From: a virus
Taxonomy: Duplodnaviria; Caudoviricetes
Virus record (IMG/VR): IMGVR_UViG_3300033072_000728
Span: 1-64,000 of that record
Direction: 5' to 3' (one strand)
DNA: 64,000 nt
A model generated the notes under the pieces. The model was given only the letters and a program-made list of their open reading frames with translations, did no database searches and had not been told where the DNA came from. Position numbers and translations under genes: made by a program. Below, one piece after another: positions 9,487-18,190 of the stretch. Position 1 is the stretch's first letter; each line of letters begins with the position of its first letter.

Positions 9487-9919
9487 AATGATGGAATTCA
9501 ATCATTTCCAAATCTGGGTTTTGACATTTTAACCAAAAAGATACATCAGGTGGAAGCAATAAGGCAGCATGTAAGTCAGAAACCCACCTTAAAATGTAAA
9601 CAGTCGAACCAATCATTCCTTCAAACAATTTGATGATTTGGTTAATATCAGTGTGTTTGATGGTAGTATAGGTTCCAACATACGGAACAAATTCGACATG
9701 CTCAAAAACAGCAGGATCAATGGTGCTGATATATTCATCAAAATTTGATTGTGATTCACAAACCAATCTTGCTGGGCATTTATAGTTTGGAATGGTTCTA
9801 ACAACACTGCTATAGAAGTTTATTCCATTCAAACTATATTCTAATAATTTACCTTCGCATAATTCTTCACCATAATAAGTTTTTGGTTTGACAATGAATA
9901 GTTTCTTTGGGTTAGTCAT
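9479..9919 (-). CDS. CKYP-motif family protein
   Basis: FWLKCQNPD; ends IEFHHYD. Confidence 0.8.
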   Translation of the reverse strand: MTNPKKLFIVKPKTYYGEELCEGKLLEYSLNGINFYSSVVRTIPNYKCPARLVCESQSNFDEYISTIDPAVFEHVEFVPYVGTYTTIKHTDINQIIKLFEGMIGSTVYILRWVSDLHAALLLPPDVSFWLKCQNPDLEMIEFHHYD

Positions 9920-10115
9920 ACTCTATTGTGATAGGTGGGAATTTGCATTGAAGCAAGAATAGGTTGACATCATTGGTAAAATTGACAGTAAAACAAACCC
10001 AGTTTCTGGCTAACCATGTAACATCAAATTGTGGAATGGTATTCTCGGTTAACGATGTTTCAAAATCGTTTGGGTGAATTTCATTGGTGGGAACATGACA
10101 ATAAACTAAAGTCAT
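9912..10115 (-). CDS. CKYP-motif family protein
   Basis: LFLLQCKFPP. Confidence 0.8.
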   Translation of the reverse strand: MTLVYCHVPTNEIHPNDFETSLTENTIPQFDVTWLARNWVCFTVNFTNDVNLFLLQCKFPPITIEYD

Positions 10116-10118
10116 AAT

Positions 10119-10433
10119 TCAATAAACCCTTGTAATATCTGGATATTTGCATTGAAGAAGAAACCATTCTGTTTCATGTTCAATCCAAAAAAGTTTCAGA
10201 TCAGAGTCTTCTAATAATCCCACAAAATTTATACCATACGTGGAGGGATCAATCACCCAAAAATTTAGTTTCATATCATCGAATAACCAAACTAAAACAT
10301 CTTGATCTTTTTTACTGGTACAAACTATTCCTATTGATTTTTGAAATTTTACTAATACTCCGTTTCCTTTCCAATAATTTTGGTAATATAAAAGTTGGGA
10401 GCATGTGTTAATATCATCTGATACAATGATCAT
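10119..10433 (-). CDS. CKYP-motif family protein
   Basis: EWFLLQCKYPDITRVY; start 10433 (MIIVSD) preferred. Confidence 0.8.
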   Translation of the reverse strand: MIIVSDDINTCSQLLYYQNYWKGNGVLVKFQKSIGIVCTSKKDQDVLVWLFDDMKLNFWVIDPSTYGINFVGLLEDSDLKLFWIEHETEWFLLQCKYPDITRVY

Positions 10434-10438
10434 AGTGA

Positions 10439-10810
10439 TTAATATACCCTTATAATATCTGGATATTTGCATTGAAGAAGAAACCATTGTGATTCATCGT
10501 CGGTTGATATAATTGCATCATTCTCGCTTGTTATCATGTGTACTGTCACTTCAGGCGTAAAAACCGAATCATATCCATATATAACTGCGATGAATTTTGA
10601 TTCTATAGATGTGAGTTTTATTGTGTCATGAGCAGCAACATTCGCCCTTCCGTCGCATTTCATATCATCTTTCAATTCCCGCTCGGTCGAATAAAGGAAT
10701 TCATGGTAGGTATCACCATCTAATGTTTTCCGCCAATATCTAAAGTTTGATCTAAATTTCATTTGGTAAGAAGGGGAATTTTCCCATCCAGTATACTCAA
10801 ACACAAGCAT
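10439..10810 (-). CDS. CKYP-motif family protein
   Basis: QWFLLQCKYPDIIRVY. Confidence 0.85.
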   Translation of the reverse strand: MLVFEYTGWENSPSYQMKFRSNFRYWRKTLDGDTYHEFLYSTERELKDDMKCDGRANVAAHDTIKLTSIESKFIAVIYGYDSVFTPEVTVHMITSENDAIISTDDESQWFLLQCKYPDIIRVY

Positions 10811-10814
10811 ACCC

Positions 10815-11243
10815 TCAGTAAACCCTCACAATATCTGGATATTTGCATTGGAGTAGGAACCATTCGGTTTCGTCGCATTCATTAATGAAGTTTTGCCCAT
10901 CATTCCATTTAACCATTGAATTTACTTGATCATCTGGGATGTCGTCCAGTAATGCATAACACTTCTCTAATGGATCAATGTATTCCATTTCCCATTTAAT
11001 TCCATACGCCACATAATCACTTGTAAATTTTATAAATCCATCTTGGCATTTCTTATATTCATTCGGGGAATAATTCCCAAATATGGCAACCCCATCATTG
11101 CGTTTGACGAAACATTTAAAGATAGGTTTGTGAATTTTTGAACGATCTACTAGAAATGGCGAAAATAAAAGGTAATTTCCGATAAGATCATTAAAATAAA
11201 AATCATCATACGTTATTGATGGATCATAATGAAGTAGTAACAT
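10815..11243 (-). CDS. CKYP-motif family protein
   Basis: EWFLLQCKYPDIVRVY. Confidence 0.85.
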   Translation of the reverse strand: MLLLHYDPSITYDDFYFNDLIGNYLLFSPFLVDRSKIHKPIFKCFVKRNDGVAIFGNYSPNEYKKCQDGFIKFTSDYVAYGIKWEMEYIDPLEKCYALLDDIPDDQVNSMVKWNDGQNFINECDETEWFLLQCKYPDIVRVY

Positions 11244-11246
11244 AGT

Positions 11247-11639
11247 TTAATAAATCCTTACAATATCTGGATACTTGCATTGGAGTAGGAACCATTCTTC
11301 TTTGGAATCGGCGTGGACAATCTGAAATCCTTCATCCAGTAAAAATGCTGTGTTATGTGATGGTTCTGGGATCTTTACTAAACCAACAAGTTTAAACAAA
11401 TTCAAGTCAGTTTGAATAGCATCACTTTTTGAGTATGGCGTTAATGATATGTACAAATCAGTGACATAATCCTTGATAATTTGGCTAGCGTTGGTTGAAT
11501 AAACAACAACGTTCAGTGAGTCTCGTATTGATGCCCAGTTAAGACTTTTATGGTTCATACTGCCCCAAACACACCGCAACGTGGAACTCGGTGCATCACA
11601 CCCGTACCAATCATATTCAGTTAAGTTAACGAGAATCAT
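11247..11639 (-). CDS. CKYP-motif family protein
   Basis: EWFLLQCKYPDIVRIY. Confidence 0.85.
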   Translation of the reverse strand: MILVNLTEYDWYGCDAPSSTLRCVWGSMNHKSLNWASIRDSLNVVVYSTNASQIIKDYVTDLYISLTPYSKSDAIQTDLNLFKLVGLVKIPEPSHNTAFLLDEGFQIVHADSKEEWFLLQCKYPDIVRIY

Positions 11640-11643
11640 GTTT

Positions 11644-12009
11644 CTAATATACCCTTACAATATCTGGATATTTGCATTGAAGTAGAAACCATTCTGAATC
11701 TGATTCTGCAAATACTAATTCAGGTTTTCCAGTTTTACGAATTAAGCCCTTCCATTCGGTTCCAACATCAGCAATGCTGAACTGGGGAGGGCAATAATCG
11801 TTACATTTAATCAAATAATCGATCAATGATTGTTGTTTTTGGTCTTTTATTTCAGATGATGTGAATGCGATTAAATTTCCATAGTAAGTTGAATAGAATG
11901 GAATAATCACGTTTTCTGGCATATCATGAATATCGGAAAACCATCTACATCGCGTAGTAATCCAGTTGTAGTTGTATGGTATCAAATCTGAAGGGTACAC
12001 GGAAATCAT
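11644..12009 (-). CDS. CKYP-motif family protein
   Basis: EWFLLQCKYPDIVRVY; ATGA overlap start at 12009. Confidence 0.85.
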   Translation of the reverse strand: MISVYPSDLIPYNYNWITTRCRWFSDIHDMPENVIIPFYSTYYGNLIAFTSSEIKDQKQQSLIDYLIKCNDYCPPQFSIADVGTEWKGLIRKTGKPELVFAESDSEWFLLQCKYPDIVRVY

Positions 12010-12587
12010 GATACCCACTTAATAACCACATCTTTCAACGTGGGATTGTGCCAGTTTTCAATCACTTTGAAAGCACGTTGGACGGTTCTTGCTTGGTTAA
12101 TAGCATCTTCCACTGCAACATGAGAAGTTTGATGATTATTATCAGTTAGTGATACTCCACACATTTCAAAAAGTGTTCGAGTGTCACGAACTTCCCAATA
12201 CTTCCAAGGAATTGAAATGCCAACTTGATCTAAGACGTTTTCAAGAATACCAATGTCAAACAGCGATCCATGTGCCCATGTTCGTTGGGGTGCATACTTA
12301 TTAAAGAACGCTACAAGCGATCGAAGTGCTTCGGGTAAGGGAACCCTGCCTTCATTGGTAAAAGCGCGCTCATAGGCCGTTTTAGACTGCTTGAGCCACC
12401 ATTCTAGGGTAGATGTGCTCTCCGTCCTAATCCACTTGAATGATTGATCGATTAAATCAGGGTTAACCGAGAATGTATCAATGATTGAATCATTATTTGG
12501 ATTGAAAATACAAGCACCAATACTTAGAATTTTCGATGTTGGTTTGGTATCGACTGTTTCTAAGTCGATCATGATATGATTAGTCAT
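12006..12587 (-). CDS. 3'-5' exoribonuclease/exonuclease, DEDDh family (Rv2179c-like)
   Basis: IMIDLET, WAHG..FD, PWKYW..RDTRT and H.AVEDA motifs. Confidence 0.88.
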   Translation of the reverse strand: MTNHIMIDLETVDTKPTSKILSIGACIFNPNNDSIIDTFSVNPDLIDQSFKWIRTESTSTLEWWLKQSKTAYERAFTNEGRVPLPEALRSLVAFFNKYAPQRTWAHGSLFDIGILENVLDQVGISIPWKYWEVRDTRTLFEMCGVSLTDNNHQTSHVAVEDAINQARTVQRAFKVIENWHNPTLKDVVIKWVS

Positions 12588-13099
12588 GTAATTATTTCAA
12601 ATTCAGGAAATGAGCATTTCAATATAAACACTACTGCTGGAAATTGTTCATTATCGAGGCTAGTTAAGGTTATGATGGAATACTGAAGGGATGAATAGGG
12701 CAGACTGTTGGTATTAGTGTTTAGCCACGTTGAAAGCTCTTCAGTGGGAAAATCGTTGGCATTGATAATGGTTGCAAATGGTGTTTCTGGAGTTTTTCCA
12801 AAATAGCATTCTTGTTCTTCCATGTCTTTTGAAAAACTTTGAAGTTCGGATAACAATAAACATTCTTTGGTATAAGAATGACTTTTGATGGTTAAACAAA
12901 CGGGTTGGTTTACCCCGAACTCAAAATTGTCAGATATTTCCCATGAATCGCCCAACTTATAAATGTGTCGGATTCGTGTTCCTATCTTTCGCAACACTCC
13001 GATTTTATTATGTTTATGGAAGATTTGAATCATTGAGGTTTTTGCAACGCCAAGAATAACGGCGCCGTTATTCTTTTGGTAACCCAAGCGGCATATCAC
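12584..13099 (-). CDS. CKYP-motif family protein
   Basis: VFILKCSFPE; true start may be 13033. Confidence 0.75.
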   Translation of the reverse strand: MICRLGYQKNNGAVILGVAKTSMIQIFHKHNKIGVLRKIGTRIRHIYKLGDSWEISDNFEFGVNQPVCLTIKSHSYTKECLLLSELQSFSKDMEEQECYFGKTPETPFATIINANDFPTEELSTWLNTNTNSLPYSSLQYSIITLTSLDNEQFPAVVFILKCSFPEFEIIT

Positions 13100-13541
13100 A
13101 AAATTTCGATTCTAATGCTTGCTTCATTCGTTCTAACTGAAATGGGGCAAATAAATCAGTATTGTTTTTCAAGAATAACGGCATGGTTCCCCATAATGAA
13201 TCATCCCCTATGTGAAAATCGAATGTTACTTTCGCGGCATACCTCAATGACGACTCATGGCTTTCATAAACCATGAAATTTGAATCGGATGGAGTTCTAA
13301 GTACAGAAAAACCATCGAGCAAAATATAGGAACTTTCGTATTCTGGAAACCCACGAATATATGAGTCAATTATATCAAGATGTTTGGTTTCAAATATCTG
13401 GTATCGTTTATGGAACTCAATTGAGCTGCCATCAAAAATAGGGTATATCTGATACCCGTCAAGAATCATTTGCCAAGAATAGCCACGAAATCCCAGATCG
13501 CATAATACATATGGAACGGAAGTGTCAAGAAGTTTAGTCAT
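13068..13541 (-). CDS. Hypothetical protein
   Basis: 157 aa ORF coupled to upstream gene. Confidence 0.75.
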   Translation of the reverse strand: MTKLLDTSVPYVLCDLGFRGYSWQMILDGYQIYPIFDGSSIEFHKRYQIFETKHLDIIDSYIRGFPEYESSYILLDGFSVLRTPSDSNFMVYESHESSLRYAAKVTFDFHIGDDSLWGTMPLFLKNNTDLFAPFQLERMKQALESKFCDMPLGLPKE

Positions 13542-14022
13542 ATGTAATTTCTAAATTTGGGTATTTGCATTTAATCAAAAATGCCTCGGATTGCCAATTT
13601 GTTTCTGAAAATGGGTTAAACTGGATAAAATTACCAACGATGTTAAATTTTAAATCATATTCCTCACATAATGCAATTGTTTGATCTCTTTCAGGCGATG
13701 GTGAATAAACAAAATTAGTTGAAAAGAAAGGCATTGGGTTATTGATGACAAAATCTTTTCGTTCTTCTAACGGGAATTGGTTTAACCACTTGCAAAGTTC
13801 GAGTTCTTTAAAATAAGAAGGATGTGCAATACATAAAACACGTTTACTTGAAGTTATATCAAGTGATCTTACTTCACCATTTCCGATGTATTCAAGTGAA
13901 AAACGATAATTCCACCCGTCGGGTTCAGGGTATTGTTTCTTTAACGCCCCTGATAAATTTGACAAAATAATAACATCTTTTTGTTGACGTGAGGTAGAGT
14001 GTTCTAGAGATATTTGAATCAT
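13534..14022 (-). CDS. CKYP-motif family protein
   Basis: AFLIKCKYPN. Confidence 0.8.
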   Translation of the reverse strand: MIQISLEHSTSRQQKDVIILSNLSGALKKQYPEPDGWNYRFSLEYIGNGEVRSLDITSSKRVLCIAHPSYFKELELCKWLNQFPLEERKDFVINNPMPFFSTNFVYSPSPERDQTIALCEEYDLKFNIVGNFIQFNPFSETNWQSEAFLIKCKYPNLEITYD

Positions 14023-14279
14023 TGTTTGATTTCCTTAAATGTCACTGTTGGGAACTTACATTTCAAAAGAAAAAACTCAGATTCAGAAAGTGCGGATAGG
14101 TTGATTTCTGCATGATAACATCCTTCAAACAATTCGGGAAACATCCAAATCGTACCGTATTGTCTCAGATCATCGATTAAGTGTCCTTCGGCAATGAAGA
14201 TTTCAATTTTATGAGAAGTATGAATGGCTGGGTGTTCTTCAACTGCCCGCATCAATTCACTGAAATTATAAGAATTCAT
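14019..14279 (-). CDS. CKYP-motif family protein
   Basis: EFFLLKCKFPT. Confidence 0.8.
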   Translation of the reverse strand: MNSYNFSELMRAVEEHPAIHTSHKIEIFIAEGHLIDDLRQYGTIWMFPELFEGCYHAEINLSALSESEFFLLKCKFPTVTFKEIKQ

Positions 14280-14689
14280 GGTTGAAAAAGGTTAGTTACT
14301 TTGAACAACGGGTTTGCACATTTAAACAAAAACTCGTCAGTATCGTTTCTAAATTTTACAAAGAATACCATTTCGGTGTTTCGCATATAATGAGTATCGA
14401 ATAGCTTCCATTTTTCAATAACAGCTTCAATATACTGACAACCAGCATTCCCATCAACTGAAACTTCATGGGTATAATCTAATACAGCAGTTATATTGCC
14501 GTTTGTAACATGATGTCTGAACCATTTATTAGATGCGGTTACAACAGTTACATAAGCACGATTGAATCGATTGCCATCAAACTGTATTGTTGTGGCGTAT
14601 CCCGATTTAATCCGATCACGCCAAATAAATCCAACATCGTTTACTTGAATTAGTTTAGTTTGCATTATGCGGAAGTTTATAAAGTTCAA
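14276..14689 (-). CDS. CKYP-motif family protein
   Basis: EFLFKCANP; start may be 14665. Confidence 0.75.
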   Translation of the reverse strand: MNFINFRIMQTKLIQVNDVGFIWRDRIKSGYATTIQFDGNRFNRAYVTVVTASNKWFRHHVTNGNITAVLDYTHEVSVDGNAGCQYIEAVIEKWKLFDTHYMRNTEMVFFVKFRNDTDEFLFKCANPLFKVTNLFQP

Positions 14690-15032
14690 TTGTTGGATAT
14701 TGGCAACGAAACAAAAATTCTTCTGGGTTAGGTGGTAAATTGATTAGCATATGAATCTCTGCTTCCATGCCTACCCAATAACATTCGATCAAAACCGCAT
14801 TCCATTTTTCCCGAAGAGAGTTGATCAATGTCTCATTTGAGAACATTAACGTATGGGTATATTGTTCTTCTTGATATAGGTGTTTGAATCGTTGGAACCA
14901 ATGATTGGTGGCCTTGACTACGGCATAAACCCGCCAATCTTTTCCCGAACCTGATTCACTGTCCCAAAGACGTTTTACGCCATGTCTAAACAAACAATGG
15001 GGTTTGTGGACTGAAATTAGTTTAGTTGGCAT
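14655..15032 (-). CDS. CKYP-motif family protein
   Basis: EFLFRCQYPT. Confidence 0.8.
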   Translation of the reverse strand: MPTKLISVHKPHCLFRHGVKRLWDSESGSGKDWRVYAVVKATNHWFQRFKHLYQEEQYTHTLMFSNETLINSLREKWNAVLIECYWVGMEAEIHMLINLPPNPEEFLFRCQYPTIELYKLPHNAN

Positions 15033-15062
15033 TTTATGTGGTCAGTAATGAAACAATAATGG

Positions 15063-15416
15063 TCAGCTCACGTTCTGGGGATAGGGAGTATGGTTCCATT
15101 TTGGGAATTTACAGTTAATAAGGAATTCTTGCTCAGGGGTATACCAAACCACAAACATTGGCCGTGAAAACCATCGTGGCGTTACCATGCTACGAATGAA
15201 TCGGATATTGTTATCAATCAGAAATTGCTGGAATGCTTTCTTTTCTTCTGGATCAATCCCAGAGGGTGAAGTCCAATATCCAGTAGGAATATCAGTAAAC
15301 CCATCTGGATAATCTTTCCCTAAAACAAACCAATTACCATCTTGAAGTTTACAACCTCCAATTGAGTTGGTAGCGAGTGCTTCTTCATGTGAACAAAATT
15401 TGTAAGTATATGTCAT
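15063..15416 (-). CDS. CKYP-motif family protein
   Basis: EFLINCKFPK. Confidence 0.8.
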   Translation of the reverse strand: MTYTYKFCSHEEALATNSIGGCKLQDGNWFVLGKDYPDGFTDIPTGYWTSPSGIDPEEKKAFQQFLIDNNIRFIRSMVTPRWFSRPMFVVWYTPEQEFLINCKFPKWNHTPYPQNVS

Positions 15417-15422
15417 GATAGA

Positions 15423-15605
15423 TTATTTCCAGGTATCTCGGATATGTTGAAGGTATTCTGGGTATTCAAGTGAGTTTGATAACAAGTCATCGGTGGATGG
15501 TTGTTGTGGTGGTTTGTAAGGTTTACATTTCCCAGAAAGAAAAAGTTTGCTTAAAAACTCTGATTCATCAGTGGTTAATTCTGATAGGGGGATTTCGACA
15601 ATCAT
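15423..15605 (-). CDS. Hypothetical protein
   Basis: 60 aa ORF filling gap in operon. Confidence 0.65.
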   Translation of the reverse strand: MIVEIPLSELTTDESEFLSKLFLSGKCKPYKPPQQPSTDDLLSNSLEYPEYLQHIRDTWK

Positions 15606-15617
15606 GATGGTTTAGTG

Positions 15618-15992
15618 TTAGATGGGCTCAATAGTCAGTTGTGGGTATAATTTGGTGAATAATGTTACCCGCTCATAATTTGCCAACGTGATGAGTGCTT
15701 TATTGACATTTGAACCAAACTCAGACTTGATTCGTTGTAAATTCCATTTACGTACTAACCCATCAGGAATGCCATTATCCGACCCAACGATGTGTGAAAA
15801 CTTTCTCCCAAGCATCAATTTAGACTTAACTCTGCTATTAACCCAACGGTTTGACGCATCAATTTTTGCAATTGCCAGATTTGAATTAGTGGGTTCGTTG
15901 AAAACTAACCATTTTCCCAAAACCTTTATTTTTTCGGTATGTTCAAACATGAAAAGAAAACTTGGTGTAGTAATGATAAAAGTAACTGGCAT
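15618..15992 (-). CDS. Hypothetical protein, degenerate CKYP-like end
   Basis: Ends LFTKLYPQLTIEPI; start 15992 (MPVTF) preferred. Confidence 0.7.
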   Translation of the reverse strand: MPVTFIITTPSFLFMFEHTEKIKVLGKWLVFNEPTNSNLAIAKIDASNRWVNSRVKSKLMLGRKFSHIVGSDNGIPDGLVRKWNLQRIKSEFGSNVNKALITLANYERVTLFTKLYPQLTIEPI

Positions 15993-15994
15993 TT

Positions 15995-16249
15995 TTAGTC
16001 TTTGATAATGTGGTTTAATGCTTCCACAATCGCCGCAGATTTTTGGTTGGCCCATTCTGCTTGCTCAAATGGCACCTGCGACGAAACGCGATGGTAATAT
16101 TCTGAAAAATCACTGACCAATGCCATCAATGATTGCTTCATTTTGGTATTTTCAGCTCTAAGTGCTTCTAGCTCATCTTGAGCATCTTGCGCCCAAGATT
16201 TCAGTACGTCAATATGCATTGTTGGTCGATAATTTTCAACTTGGTTCAT
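15995..16249 (-). CDS. Hypothetical coiled-coil protein
   Basis: 84 aa, heptad-like ELEALRAENTKMKQSL. Confidence 0.7.
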   Translation of the reverse strand: MNQVENYRPTMHIDVLKSWAQDAQDELEALRAENTKMKQSLMALVSDFSEYYHRVSSQVPFEQAEWANQKSAAIVEALNHIIKD

Positions 16250-16255
16250 TTTGAC

Positions 16256-16585
16256 TTATCCACGGGAGGGTAAAATCATTACAAAACTCACAAACACCAG
16301 AAATACGAAGAATAGAAATGATATTCCCCACGCCTCATTGCTTCTGAATTTCTTTGGTTTCCCATCGTAGTCTTCGACAGTTGCGAAAAACATGTCAATT
16401 GGGCGGCGACAGGGATTAACTTCGACGAATCGAAACTTTTGAACAGTGCCATCCGTTAGATGCATTTCAAGAAAGTCCCCAGGTTCTGGTGTAATAGATT
16501 TAAACCCGTAAACAGTTCTATTTTCATAATTGTTGAAAACAATACTGTTACCCCAAGTTCCACCTACTTTGTAAACTCGTGGCAT
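16256..16585 (-). CDS. Hypothetical protein with C-terminal transmembrane helix
   Basis: Hydrophobic stretch WGISFLFFVFLVFVSFVMIL; RBS GAAAGGA. Confidence 0.75.
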   Translation of the reverse strand: MPRVYKVGGTWGNSIVFNNYENRTVYGFKSITPEPGDFLEMHLTDGTVQKFRFVEVNPCRRPIDMFFATVEDYDGKPKKFRSNEAWGISFLFFVFLVFVSFVMILPSRG

Positions 16586-16602
16586 ATTTTTCCTTTCATA
16601 GT

Positions 16603-17085
16603 TTAAAGATCATCAGACGGTAGAAAATCCCATTCAATTTCGCCCATCTTGACTTTTGAATGGTCGATAGTCACTGAGTAAACAATCTCATCAATGACTT
16701 CGAGTGCTTTCTTGAAGTACAGCTCTGGATCATCAATGTGAATGGTTTCGCTCCACCCTTCAAACTCTTCAAAGTGAAAATCGTAAAACGTATCACCCCA
16801 CTTAGTTTTGGCATTCTCAATTCGCAAATTACGAATAAATGCCTTTGGTGGTGTAGGTACAAGTTCACCATTTATGATGGCGCATTTCTTATAAACCTTC
16901 TTGACAAACTCGCCATCAAGTTGCCAATAACCGTTTACAAATTTTGCGATACTAGCAGATGCCCAAAAATGCACCACGCCCTTTGATTCTTCATTCAATC
17001 CAGGGCTATCATAATCTTGACCGTCAGGTAAGCATTCACGAATGGCAATACACCCAGATCGTTTGTCAACAAAGTATTTTGTCAT
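16603..17085 (-). CDS. Hypothetical protein
   Basis: 160 aa; RBS AAGGAG; first gene after promoter at 17112-17140. Confidence 0.8.
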   Translation of the reverse strand: MTKYFVDKRSGCIAIRECLPDGQDYDSPGLNEESKGVVHFWASASIAKFVNGYWQLDGEFVKKVYKKCAIINGELVPTPPKAFIRNLRIENAKTKWGDTFYDFHFEEFEGWSETIHIDDPELYFKKALEVIDEIVYSVTIDHSKVKMGEIEWDFLPSDDL

Positions 17086-17111
17086 GTCAATTCTCCTTGT
17101 TCAATGCATTC

Positions 17112-17140
17112 ATTCTAGATCAATTTTTCAAAAGTTGAAA
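17112..17140 (-). promoter_or_regulatory. Sigma70-type early promoter heading the CKYP operon
   Basis: TTTCAA-17 nt-TAGAAT directly after a terminator. Confidence 0.55.
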
Positions 17141-17151
17141 GCACAAATGCA

Positions 17152-17180
17152 AAAAGCCTGAGTGATCAGCTCAGGCTTTT
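17152..17180 (-). terminator. Rho-independent terminator
   Basis: AAAAGCCTGAG/CTCAGGCTTTT inverted repeat. Confidence 0.8.
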
Positions 17181-17191
17181 GTTCGTTTAGG

Positions 17192-17512
17192 TCACTCGAT
17201 CATCACCGCAGATGCAACATCAAATGATGAAATTCCACCCCATTCTGAGTTAGTGAATTCTACACTTTTCCCGTTCTTGAAGGTGATGACAATATCTTTC
17301 CCGCTATTGTCGATTTCATCGCGTACCGCATCGAACGATTGTTCTTAAAGTCGAACAATTTCATGTTCTAAATTTGAACCAGTAACACCCGTATGTGTAA
17401 TTCTTGAAACATAAGCAGTTTCGACAATATCCTCTCCAAAAATGCGAGAAGCCATGGTGGTGAGGTTTTTGTCATATTTCAGCAAATAATAGTCAGATAC
17501 TGGTGTTACCAT
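17192..17512 (-). pseudogene. Disrupted coding region (in-frame TAA at 17345-17347, or 55-aa ORF plus a frameshifted MKLFDFK... gene)
   Basis: Hand translation MVTPVSDYY...EIVRL*EQSFDAVRDEIDNSGKDIVITFKNGKSVEFTNSEWGG...IE*. Confidence 0.55.
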
Positions 17513-17515
17513 GTT

Positions 17516-18166
17516 TCAGTCCCATTTAAAAACAGGATTGCTCAAATCTAATGATACTTTAATGTCGGTCATTTGAACTGCAACAAATACATTGTTTGGG
17601 TTAGTGAGCGCTAGTTTTTGCATTTCTTGATTCAGAGTTTCAACATCAGTGTAAATGATTTGGTCAATAATGCTGATGCGGTTATCAATAATTGTAGCAA
17701 TCATGTACTGAGCGTTTTGAACCTTCGCTGGCTTAGGAGGATTGATTGCATTCTTGATCTGAGTATCGGTAATCCAGGTGCCGCGAAGTTTCCAAACACG
17801 TTCACCATTTTGATTGGTAGAATGTTTCAGAATCTTGTAAGGAGTTACGTTTCGAGTTTTGATGGTGTTGGATTCAGTGTGGTAGAAATATCCTGCAAAA
17901 TCATCGGTTTGAATCAGTGTGCTAAGTTCGCGGCGGTCGGTATTATTCATTTTATAGTATACATAATCGGTTCGGAAATCAATCCATTGGCGCACCCCAC
18001 AATCGTATATGTTAGAAAACTGTAACGGTTGTTTATCATGTTCACCGTTTGATTGGATGGTTTTAATTGAAGTTGAAATTTCATAACCGTTGGGATGCGT
18101 GATAAGAATCGGATCACCAACTTTTAGACTTAGTTGTTTCCAGTTTTCAAAAGTAATTTGTTGCAT
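17516..18166 (-). CDS. Hypothetical protein
   Basis: 216 aa; RBS AAGGAA. Confidence 0.8.
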   Translation of the reverse strand: MQQITFENWKQLSLKVGDPILITHPNGYEISTSIKTIQSNGEHDKQPLQFSNIYDCGVRQWIDFRTDYVYYKMNNTDRRELSTLIQTDDFAGYFYHTESNTIKTRNVTPYKILKHSTNQNGERVWKLRGTWITDTQIKNAINPPKPAKVQNAQYMIATIIDNRISIIDQIIYTDVETLNQEMQKLALTNPNNVFVAVQMTDIKVSLDLSNPVFKWD

Positions 18167-18190
18167 GAATATTTCCTTTATGTTAATGAA

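Larger units (their letters stand above)
10126..11693. repeat. Five ~43-bp direct repeats at the 3' ends of adjacent genes (10126-10168, 10446-10488, 10822-10864, 11254-11296, 11651-11693)
   Basis: Plus-strand consensus accctyrcaatatctggatatttgcattgragwagraaccatt; copies 1 and 2 differ at 1 of 43 nt. Confidence 0.9.

Noticed and set aside
10126-11693. CRISPR array
   Set aside because: Repeats are coding, non-palindromic and separated by 280-390 nt of ORF; no cas genes recognised
10119-12009. Diversity-generating retroelement template/variable repeats
   Set aside because: Differences between copies are not adenine-specific on one template and no reverse transcriptase is present in the window
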